Sequence record: PQ559672.1
DNA: 32,000 bases
Origin: Microbacterium phage Clock
Reading direction: 5' to 3' (one strand)
Part shown: positions 24,462 through 30,952 of the stretch, piece by piece
Layout: every line of letters begins with the position of its first letter
Numbering within the stretch: position 1 is the first letter of the stretch
Notes under the pieces: model-generated
Databases searched by the model: none
The model's input: only the letters and a program-made list of their open reading frames with translations
What the model was told of the DNA's origin: nothing
Program-made: the position numbers and the translations under genes

Positions 24462-25029
24462 CTTGCAGGAAGGCCAGCAGCGAGTCGTCGCTGTCGACCA
24501 GGCGCTCCAGGGGCAGCAGCCCCGTGTCCCATGCCGACGTCGGGCTGTCGAAGGCGACCATGCGCTGGCTGAACGTGCCTGCAGACTGGTCGTTGAAGAC
24601 CTCCATGATGCTGACGGTCTTGAACAGCTCGTAGTCCCGTGCCCGGTTCAGGCCCATGAAGAAGTCGGCGAAGTAGTAGTACATGGGGTTCACCCGCGCG
24701 ATGGGGGTGTCCACTACTTCCTCGGCCGTGAAGTCGGCGAGTTTCGTGTTGTGGATCTTCACCACCAGGTGAGTGTCCGGCATGGCGAACACGGTGCGGG
24801 GCCGGTCGTCGTTCCAGTTCCGGTCCGGCAGCGCCAGCCGGTAGACCATGTGCGTGAACCAGTCGATGCGGTCGTAGGTGTGGGGCATCAGCCCCGCGTC
24901 CTGCATGTCGGCCTGATTGGCCAGGTGCATCTCCCGGGTCGCGTTGTAGTCCGGCTGACCTGCGCAGTCCAGGCGCTGCGCGCTGGTGGACTTGCCGGTC
25001 ATGTCCGGACCCTCGAAAGCGATGAACAT
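24439..25029 (-). CDS. Thymidylate kinase-like (deoxy)nucleoside monophosphate kinase (196 aa)
   Basis: MFIAFEGPDMTGKSTSAQRL P-loop like dTMP kinases. Size and downstream sequence are consistent with a P-loop dNMP kinase. Confidence 0.75.
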   Translation of the reverse strand: MFIAFEGPDMTGKSTSAQRLDCAGQPDYNATREMHLANQADMQDAGLMPHTYDRIDWFTHMVYRLALPDRNWNDDRPRTVFAMPDTHLVVKIHNTKLADFTAEEVVDTPIARVNPMYYYFADFFMGLNRARDYELFKTVSIMEVFNDQSAGTFSQRMVAFDSPTSAWDTGLLPLERLVDSDDSLLAFLQDVDQTIG

Positions 25030-25042
25030 TGTGGGGCTCTCC

Positions 25043-25978
25043 TTAGATGAGTTCTTTCATGGGGATGATGGTTGGCTGGAGGTCGGTGTCCTTGTACCAC
25101 TGGGGCCAGTGTACACCAATCTTCATGACTCCCCCGACCTTGTTCTTCATGGTCGGGCGGAGGTACTGCGCTACCGAAGGGTAGACGTCTGCTGCGGCGT
25201 CGAGGTCATCCTGACGACCACGCTTGTCAAGCGGGTCCAGAGGGATGGTGCTGTCCAGCCGAGTGTTCGTGTCGTAGGCCACACTGGGAAGCAGGAACGC
25301 GGCCTGCCCCTCGGTCAGCGTGTGCAGGAACATGCTCAGGTCCTCGCCGTGCAGGCGGTAGGGCTCGGGGCACTTCCGCCAGGAGAAGCGGTCCAGATCG
25401 AAGAAGATGACGCACGCGGGGAAACCGCCCTTGTCCATCGTGGCGAGGATGCTGGTGTCCACGTCCCCGCTGAAGAGACCCTGCCGTGCGCTGCCGTAGG
25501 CCGCGTCAGGCTCCAGCTCGAACACCCGGTCAGCCATCCTGCAGGCGACGGCCAGGCTGCGCGGCAGGTGATCCTCGGTGGCCTGCCCTGCCAGCTTCTC
25601 GCTCCACCGCCTGGTGTGGGGCTTGCCCTTGTCGTTGATGATGCGCTCCATCAGTGACAGGTGCGTCACGTCGTCGTCCATCATCACGATGCGGCGGTGC
25701 CCCCGGAAAGACGCTTCCCGCAGGATGGCCGCTCGAGCCGGACCCACGCCGTAGGGGCCGCTGTGCGTGCACACGGTGGCCCAGGGGTAGGCGCGGCGGT
25801 ACTCGGACGCCTCAGACGTTCTCACCATGACGTGCACCCTGCGCCGGACGCTGGGGCTGGCCTTGGCCAGCGTATCCAGCAGGGTAGCCGAGCCGGCTCG
25901 ACTGTAGCTGGGAACATAGATCGGGTAGATCCATGAGGTCTTGCACTGCCTCAGCAGTCTCAGGTGATCGTTAGTCAT
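25043..25978 (-). CDS. GT-A-like glycosyltransferase, candidate DNA-base glycosyltransferase (311 aa)
   Basis: SWIYPIYVPSYSRAGSATLLDTLAKA...VGPARAAILREASFRGHRRIVMMDDDVTHLSLMERI...FSGDVDTSILATMDKGGFPACVIFFDLDRFSW...YRLHGEDLSMFLHTLTEG: DxD-type motif and C-terminal hGEDl motif. Confidence 0.7.
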   Translation of the reverse strand: MTNDHLRLLRQCKTSWIYPIYVPSYSRAGSATLLDTLAKASPSVRRRVHVMVRTSEASEYRRAYPWATVCTHSGPYGVGPARAAILREASFRGHRRIVMMDDDVTHLSLMERIINDKGKPHTRRWSEKLAGQATEDHLPRSLAVACRMADRVFELEPDAAYGSARQGLFSGDVDTSILATMDKGGFPACVIFFDLDRFSWRKCPEPYRLHGEDLSMFLHTLTEGQAAFLLPSVAYDTNTRLDSTIPLDPLDKRGRQDDLDAAADVYPSVAQYLRPTMKNKVGGVMKIGVHWPQWYKDTDLQPTIIPMKELI

Positions 25979-26219
25979 GGCTCCTCCAGCCGTCCCATTC
26001 GTACTCGCCGCGCAGGGCACGGCCTGTGACGTCGTGAACCTGGGAATACATGCCCTCCCTAGTCTTCACTGTCTCGAACTTACCCTCTTCGTGGGGCATG
26101 TTGAGCTCCCTGGCAATGAGGTCCTCCACCGGCTCGATGATGTGGAAGTGATCGCGCCCCTCGGGCACTGCGGTCTCACGGTCATGCCAGGGTCCGCCGT
26201 TCAGGTGGATCTTCTGCAC
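25971..26219 (-). CDS. Small hypothetical protein (82 aa), GTG start
   Basis: SD AAGGAG upstream of GTG 26219. (V)QKIHLNGGPWHDRETAVPEGRDHFHIIEPVEDLIARELNMPHEEGKFETVKTREGMYSQVHD... Confidence 0.75.
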   Translation of the reverse strand: MQKIHLNGGPWHDRETAVPEGRDHFHIIEPVEDLIARELNMPHEEGKFETVKTREGMYSQVHDVTGRALRGEYEWDGWRSHD

Positions 26220-26243
26220 CGTCTTGTCTCCTTGAGTGTGGCC

Positions 26244-26280
26244 AGCCCCCGCCCCTTGCGTGGTCATCAGGGCGGGGGCT
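26244..26280 (-). terminator. Perfect 11-bp GC-rich intergenic hairpin
   Basis: AGCCCCCGCCC - 15 nt - GGGCGGGGGCT, located just after the stop at 26287 on the leftward strand. No U-tract. Confidence 0.55.
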
Positions 26281-26286
26281 AGCGGC

Positions 26287-26445
26287 TCAGAGCTTAGTGC
26301 GACCGTTGGGCCGCTTCGGGAAGAGCTGGCGAATGCCACGGACCAGGCCCACGGCGACGGCGAAGATGAGGATCAGTGCCCCCAGCCAGGCCAGCACGTA
26401 GAAGGACCAGACCATGAAGACCCAGAGGGCGTCCCAGAGCGGCAT
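26287..26445 (-). CDS. Small membrane protein (52 aa), absent as a discrete call in the track
   Basis: ATG 26445 overlaps the TGA of the TS-like gene (TGATG). MPLWDALWVFMVWSFYVLAWLGALILIFAVAVGLVRGIRQLFPKRPNGRTKL. Confidence 0.65.
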   Translation of the reverse strand: MPLWDALWVFMVWSFYVLAWLGALILIFAVAVGLVRGIRQLFPKRPNGRTKL

Positions 26446-27209
26446 CAGCGGTCCTCCCCAATGTGGGGCCAGGTTCCGTTCTCCGGGAAGCCCTGCCACA
26501 CCCTGCGGTCCAGCCGCTCCTCGGTGTCGGCTGCGGTGTCGGCCAGGAGCTGGAAGTGGCGCGGGTAGACGTGCAGGTTGGCGACCTGGAACGTGATGTT
26601 CCCACGTGTGAGCTCGGGGTAGGCGTGCTCCAGGTTGCCCAGCAGGAAGTCCATCAGGGTGTTCCACATGCTGTAGTCGGCACGGTAGCCGAAGACAGCG
26701 TCCATGCTGCGCATCTGAGCGACGATGTGAAGCTGGTCCTCGTCGTCGATCATGAAGTTCAGCGCGTTGGTGCAGATGAAGTCGTTCCGGCCGTTGTAGT
26801 GGGCCAGCTGATGGATGTCCCTGTCGCTGATGATGGCGACTGCGTGCCGGGTGCCCTTGCCTTCCTGGAGGAAGGTGTCCACCACGCGGTCGAACAGGGT
26901 GGGCGGCTGCGGCAGGCGATCACCACGACCGAAGAGGATGTAGCCGTAGGCGCTGTTCACCTTGCCGTCCGTGCCTGCGCACGCCTGGAAGAGTGCGGGC
27001 ACCGGGGCCTCCATGTCGGCGAGCTTGTCGCTGCCGCTGTAGAACCAGTCCAGCTCGCGCCGGACCCAGTCCTTGTTGACCTGGCCGATCATGGAATCCT
27101 GATCGGCGATCCAGTTGGCCGAGTAGAGGACTCGGTTGCCAGTTCGCTCGTCGACCGGCGCTGCCGCCAGGGCCAGGACGATGTCGTCAATGGAATTCGT
27201 GCGAAGCAT
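26445..27209 (-). CDS. Thymidylate synthase-family pyrimidine hydroxymethylase/methylase, predicted dCMP-type (254 aa)
   Basis: SD AAGGAGGA before ATG 27209. ELDWFYSGS, FICTNALNF (catalytic Cys146), QMRSMDAVFGYRAD (Arg167, Asp170, Gly174, Asp178 at the Asn177 position) and NLHVYPRH (His213, Tyr215) align with TS motifs. Confidence 0.8.
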   Translation of the reverse strand: MLRTNSIDDIVLALAAAPVDERTGNRVLYSANWIADQDSMIGQVNKDWVRRELDWFYSGSDKLADMEAPVPALFQACAGTDGKVNSAYGYILFGRGDRLPQPPTLFDRVVDTFLQEGKGTRHAVAIISDRDIHQLAHYNGRNDFICTNALNFMIDDEDQLHIVAQMRSMDAVFGYRADYSMWNTLMDFLLGNLEHAYPELTRGNITFQVANLHVYPRHFQLLADTAADTEERLDRRVWQGFPENGTWPHIGEDR

Positions 27210-27232
27210 GAGTCCTCCTTGGACTGCTGTAG

Positions 27233-27259
27233 GGTGCCCCCAGTCTATACCAGGGGCAC
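27233..27259 (-). terminator. Perfect 8-bp intergenic hairpin
   Basis: GGTGCCCC-AGTCTATACCA-GGGGCACC, 9 nt past the stop of the 27269..27583 gene on the leftward strand. The loop holds TATAGACT. Confidence 0.5.
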
Positions 27260-27268
27260 CGGTCAACG

Positions 27269-27583
27269 CTAGGGGCAAGTGCCCTCAGCGTCTTCCGCGA
27301 GGGCTGCTGCCAGCTCGCGGGAAGCTTCAAACTGGGCGATCTTGGCGTTGGCTGCTGCCAGCTTGCGCTCCAGGATCTGGATGTCGATTCGGGCCTTGCG
27401 CAAGTCCGCCTGAAGTGCGTGCGCCGACTTGGGCTTGCACTGCTCCCAGCGGAGGTACTCCTCGCGCCACTTGAGGCGGTCCTCTTCGGGCAGGTCAGCC
27501 CACTGCTGAGGCGTGTGCCCGTGACGCAGGTAGTGGGCCTTCGTGGCCGACCAGATGCTCTTGTCAGTGATGAAGTCAGTCAT
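27269..27583 (-). CDS. Hypothetical protein (104 aa)
   Basis: SD AAGGAG. MTDFITDKSIWSATKAHYLRHGHTPQQWADLPEEDRLKWREEYLRWEQCKPKSAHALQADLRKARIDIQILERKLAAANAKIAQF... Confidence 0.75.
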   Translation of the reverse strand: MTDFITDKSIWSATKAHYLRHGHTPQQWADLPEEDRLKWREEYLRWEQCKPKSAHALQADLRKARIDIQILERKLAAANAKIAQFEASRELAAALAEDAEGTCP

Positions 27584-27593
27584 GGTGTTCTCC

Positions 27594-27767
27594 TTAGAAG
27601 CTGGAAGCCAGCTCGGTCCACTGATCGTGGGTGAGGTTCGTGGTGCCGTCAGCGTTGATGTGGCGAAAGTAGTACCCGCTGAACTGCTCCCACTCCTCCT
27701 CGGTCCAGCCGTTCTCGTCAACGAGGTAGGAGCGGACCTGGGCTTCGGTGGGGGCTGCGGTGTTCAT
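27594..27767 (-). CDS. Small hypothetical protein (57 aa), absent from the supplied ORF track, probably leaderless
   Basis: MNTAAPTEAQVRSYLVDENGWTEEEWEQFSGYYFRHINADGTTNLTHDQWTELASSF. ATG lies 7 nt after the -10 of predicted promoter B, and there is no SD. Confidence 0.7.
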   Translation of the reverse strand: MNTAAPTEAQVRSYLVDENGWTEEEWEQFSGYYFRHINADGTTNLTHDQWTELASSF

Positions 27768-27773
27768 GACTTC

Positions 27774-27802
27774 AGCTTAGCCGTTGTTCAAGAACACCGC
27801 AA
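27774..27802 (-). promoter_or_regulatory. Predicted promoter B: TTGCGG-N17-TAAGCT
   Basis: -35 at 27802-27797, -10 at 27779-27774 on the reverse strand. AACTTGGGGGTTGCGG is identical to site A. Confidence 0.6.
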
Positions 27803-27811
27803 CCCCCAAGT

Positions 27812-28687
27812 TCAACTTCTTATGAACTGCGCCGGGATGAGCGTGTTGAAGTGCTCGCCCCGGACGTAGGGCGTGCCCGTGCCCCGGTCACCCTTGCGCA
27901 CCATCCTCGCGTATTTGGAATACTCGCAGAAGACGTTCTGGATGTCCATCAGACTGGGCGGTCGGCCGTTGCTGTAGGGCAGCGTGGGCAGGCGCTCCAC
28001 GGGGAAGCGCTGGATGGCGACCTGGGCCTGAACCTGCGTAGCATCCTTGCCCAGCCCCAGCATCTCACCGACACCCTTGCGGCTGCCGGGGCCGGCGAGG
28101 ATGTAGCTGTTCTCCTGATCCGGCTCGCCCCTGGTGTACCCAAGGTCCGTCGCGATCTGCATCGCCAGGAACGGCCCGATGCCAGGCGTCTCCTCCAGCA
28201 GCATGACACGTGTGGCTAGGTCACCGACGTCGGCCACATGACCCAACCAGTTCGCCGCCCTGGGGAACACGTCCTTCATCTTCTCCACCGTGCCCCTGGG
28301 GTCACCAGGCTTGATGAGGATGATGTAGGCACCATTCAGGAAGGCACCGGGCCGCGCTGCTACCACGGGGGCCACGACCTTGTCGTACCACTTCGGGTTG
28401 AAGATGTCCTCGGCTGCGGGGACGTACCCATCGTTCTTGGCGATGATGTCGTCAAAGCTGTCGGGACGGTTGACCTGGCGGTACAGGTAGGACAGCGCCA
28501 CCCTGTCGATGAGCTCGTCGTGCAGGTCCATCAGCTCCAGAAGGTACTGGCTGCCACGGTCCAGCACCCGGAACACGTTGGTGAACTTGCGGGTGGACAG
28601 GATCTTGGACTTGACAGGCTTGCCCTCCCAGAGCCGGTGCCGCGCCTTGGCGAAGTTCACCACGGTGTCAACGCTCGCGAGGTCCAC
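27812..28687 (-). CDS. HMUDK-helical / alpha-glutamyl(putrescinyl)-thymine pyrophosphorylase-like DNA-modification protein (291 aa)
   Basis: GTG 28687 with AAGGAGG SD. VVNFAKARHRLWEGKPVKSKILSTRKFTNVFRVLDRGSQYLL...LLEETPGIGPFLAMQIATDLGY...YILAGPGSRKGVGEMLG...LMDIQNVFCEYSKYARMVRKGDRG resembles the F..N.fR..DR.., GPGs+rG and CEy.KY..v family signatures. Confidence 0.65.
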   Translation of the reverse strand: MDLASVDTVVNFAKARHRLWEGKPVKSKILSTRKFTNVFRVLDRGSQYLLELMDLHDELIDRVALSYLYRQVNRPDSFDDIIAKNDGYVPAAEDIFNPKWYDKVVAPVVAARPGAFLNGAYIILIKPGDPRGTVEKMKDVFPRAANWLGHVADVGDLATRVMLLEETPGIGPFLAMQIATDLGYTRGEPDQENSYILAGPGSRKGVGEMLGLGKDATQVQAQVAIQRFPVERLPTLPYSNGRPPSLMDIQNVFCEYSKYARMVRKGDRGTGTPYVRGEHFNTLIPAQFIRS

Positions 28688-29021
28688 GCTTCCTCCTTCC
28701 CTTCTTGGGCGGTGTGCCGTCCGTCTCGATGGCGATCTTGACTTGGGTGATGCACTCCCCGAAGTCGTCACGATTGTAGGCGTGCATCGCGGCCTCTAGC
28801 GCAGGCAGCGCCACTCGGCAGATCGCAACCTGCTTCGTGTTGCTGGGGCTGGTGCCGTCGTACTTCTCCTGGGACCTGAGCTGATGGTACTCGCCCTTCT
28901 GCAAGTGCGCCAGCGTCTCACCGATGACCTCGTGGGCCTGATCGCTGATCTCGCCGTTGATGCTGCCCTCATTGAGCAGCTCCACCAGCACTCGGCCAGC
29001 CATGCGCCGATCCGCGTTCAT
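28668..29021 (-). CDS. Hypothetical protein (117 aa) with basic C-terminus
   Basis: MNADRRMAGRVLVELLNEGSINGEISDQAHEVIGETLAHLQ...GTPPKKGRRKRGPRER. Overlaps both neighbours. Confidence 0.7.
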   Translation of the reverse strand: MNADRRMAGRVLVELLNEGSINGEISDQAHEVIGETLAHLQKGEYHQLRSQEKYDGTSPSNTKQVAICRVALPALEAAMHAYNRDDFGECITQVKIAIETDGTPPKKGRRKRGPRER

Positions 29022-29269
29022 GTGATGTCCGCCGTGAAGTAGAGGCCCACCAGTCCGTCCAGGTTGAGGTCCGGGAAGGCGTTGCGCATCTCCAGATACG
29101 TCATGATGCGGGGCTCGGGGTTGCGGGTGACCAGCGTCTTCCGGGCTCCCTGGGCAATGGCCTCGAACTTCTCGTCGGCTGCGGCCTGCGCACGCTGGAG
29201 CGTGTCGTACCGCTGATTGTCCCAGAGCTCGGTGCTGGCGAAGATGACCGCGTAGGCCAGCGCCATCAC
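29018..29269 (-). CDS. Hypothetical protein (83 aa)
   Basis: MMALAYAVIFASTELWDNQRYDTLQRAQAAADEKFEAIAQGARKTLVTRNPEPRIMTYLEMRNAFPDLNLDGLVGLYFTADIT. ATGA overlaps. Confidence 0.7.
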   Translation of the reverse strand: MMALAYAVIFASTELWDNQRYDTLQRAQAAADEKFEAIAQGARKTLVTRNPEPRIMTYLEMRNAFPDLNLDGLVGLYFTADIT

Positions 29270-29904
29270 TCAGCCCTCAGCACGGTCGCCGCGTGGTCGG
29301 TCATCGTGTTGCTGCCGTCCATGGCGATGCCGACAGCCGTGGCCCCTGGTGCACCGGTCTCCTCGGCGTGGGCGATGGCCTCCTCAGCAGCCCCTTCGCA
29401 GAACTGACAGTTGGGATGAGCGTACTCGACGATCCACTGCGTCGCCTGGGCTGGCTGCTGCTCGCCGTAGAGGATGTCGATGACCTTCAGGACAGCGTCC
29501 TGGGCCTTGTGGGGCTTGTCTTCGTAGTACCCCTTGGACTGCAGGACGAGACTGATCTGGCTGAGCTTGGCAGAGCGCTCGTTGAACTGCGCCTTGAGAC
29601 CAGCGTGGTCCTCCATGAAGCACTGATACCCATCGTCGGCAGCCTTGCGGATCTGTACCCACACGGCGTCGCGCTGTTCCGGTGTCCAGGTGTTCCAGCG
29701 GGCAGCGAACTCACCTGCCGTAGCGATCTCGGTGCCCGGAGCCGGCTCGTTGGTTGCGCCGTTCAGTGTGGCCGGGGTGCTGACCTCGAGCCTCAGTGCG
29801 CCGATCTGATCCTTGAGCTTGGCGAAGCGCTCGGCATCGCTGCCCAGCTTGGGGTCGGCCAGCGTGTTCAGCACGTGACCGAGCTGCTCGTAGATGTTGT
29901 TCAT
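29266..29904 (-). CDS. Hypothetical protein (212 aa)
   Basis: MNNIYEQLGHVLNTLADPKLGSDAERFAKLKDQIG... SD AAGGAG. Confidence 0.8.
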   Translation of the reverse strand: MNNIYEQLGHVLNTLADPKLGSDAERFAKLKDQIGALRLEVSTPATLNGATNEPAPGTEIATAGEFAARWNTWTPEQRDAVWVQIRKAADDGYQCFMEDHAGLKAQFNERSAKLSQISLVLQSKGYYEDKPHKAQDAVLKVIDILYGEQQPAQATQWIVEYAHPNCQFCEGAAEEAIAHAEETGAPGATAVGIAMDGSNTMTDHAATVLRAE

Positions 29905-30356
29905 GACAGGTCTCCTTGAAGCATCGTGGGGATGGTGGGCATGGGAGGGATGAACGTGCTGCGCGCCGCTGTGGGGCTGGCCACATCGCTCAGAACCACC
30001 TTGCGCGGCTCCGCCAGGAACTCCTGAAGCTCAGCAGGCAGCGAGTCCCAGAGGGCCTTGACCGCTTCGGCGATTGCCGTGATGGCAGGGGCCAGCGTCT
30101 CCTGGAGGACACGCATGAACTCCTTGATGACCTCGGCCAGGAACTCGCTGATCTCCTCGAGCTCTTCCTTCTCGGCTGCGGTGAGCTCCTCGCCCCGGTC
30201 AAGCTTGGCCTTGGCGTCGATGAGCTTCCGGAGCATGACGTTGGTGTCTCGCGGGTCTTCCTCACTGACGTGGTTGGCACAGCGATAGTCGCCCGCCTTC
30301 GCGTCCCATCCGACCCAGTACCCGCCTTCGCCGCAGACGCCACATACGGGGTTCAC
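29901..30356 (-). CDS. Hypothetical protein with N-terminal zinc-ribbon-like CxxC...C (151 aa)
   Basis: MNPVCGVCGEGGYWVGWDAKAGDYRCANHV... ATGA overlaps. Confidence 0.75.
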   Translation of the reverse strand: MNPVCGVCGEGGYWVGWDAKAGDYRCANHVSEEDPRDTNVMLRKLIDAKAKLDRGEELTAAEKEELEEISEFLAEVIKEFMRVLQETLAPAITAIAEAVKALWDSLPAELQEFLAEPRKVVLSDVASPTAARSTFIPPMPTIPTMLQGDLS

Positions 30357-30628
30357 GAGAACATCCCGACCGGCGCGTAGTTGTCCACGAGCTTGGCGTA
30401 GGTGAAACGGCGGAGCTTGCCGACCGTGTGCGGGGCCTTGGGTGCCTTGACCACTCGCATGACGCCCTGGGAGCTGAGCGTGGGCAGTGCCACGATCTCG
30501 ACCTCACGGTGCTTCGGCTTGGCCTTGCCCGTCTTGCCCCGGTCGGTGTTCCGGATGTCGATGTCGTAGAAGTGGTCACCCACCTTCACGTGATTGCTGA
30601 GCTCGATGGCGTTGAACTTGCGTGACAT
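30353..30628 (-). CDS. First gene of the leftward early operon, hypothetical (91 aa)
   Basis: SD GTAGGAGGCACCC before ATG 30628. MSRKFNAIELSNHVKVGDHFYDIDIRNTDRGKTGKAKPKHREVEIVALPTLSSQGVMRVVKAPKAPH... Confidence 0.8.
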   Translation of the reverse strand: MSRKFNAIELSNHVKVGDHFYDIDIRNTDRGKTGKAKPKHREVEIVALPTLSSQGVMRVVKAPKAPHTVGKLRRFTYAKLVDNYAPVGMFS

Positions 30629-30830
30629 GGGTGCCTCCTACGGCGTCCGGTTCAGTGTGACGGTGCTGCCAGCGGGTTAGACCAGACCTCATCGGATGTC
30701 GCTCCACCCGGCTCATCTGTCAGGGATCCAGTGCCCTGCGGTGAGGGTCACCCTAGTTGATGTTACCGGAGCCACTCGGCTCCCTCACGGGTTACCGAAT
30801 CACCCTGTTCCTGCGCCGCCCGCTGGCAGC
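30629..30830 (-). promoter_or_regulatory. Putative structured 5' leader RNA of the early operon
   Basis: A perfect 12-bp long-range pairing (GCTGCCAGCGGG at 30665-30676 with CCCGCTGGCAGC at 30819-30830) encloses nested complementary segments (30741-30747/30782-30788, 30768-30773/30778-30783, 30721-30725/30734-30738). Confidence 0.55.
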
Positions 30831-30836
30831 TAGCCC

Positions 30837-30866
30837 AGTATGCCCTATAGATACCTATAAGAGCAA
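30837..30866 (-). promoter_or_regulatory. Predicted main early leftward promoter F: TTGCTC-N18-CATACT
   Basis: -35 at 30866-30861, -10 at 30842-30837 on the reverse strand. Same spacing and -10 as site D. Predicted +1 at 30830. An imperfect repeat unit fills the spacer. Confidence 0.6.
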
Positions 30867-30903
30867 CCCTCAACCCAGATCCCCTATAGGTACTTATACG
30901 CGC
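30843..30903. repeat. Two imperfect direct repeats (18 of 22 identical), candidate operators
   Basis: CCCTATAGATACCTATAAGAGC (30843-30864) and CCCTATAGGTACTTATACGCGC (30882-30903), 39 bp apart. Confidence 0.6.
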
Positions 30904-30952
30904 GCACGCTCGCGCTATCTATAATCATAAAGACACCCTTAGTAACCCGAGC

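Noticed and set aside
30920-30925. Forward TATAAT as a rightward promoter
   Set aside because: A perfect -10 hexamer, but nothing resembling a -35 at 16-18 nt upstream. Site E (31130-31158) is the better rightward candidate.
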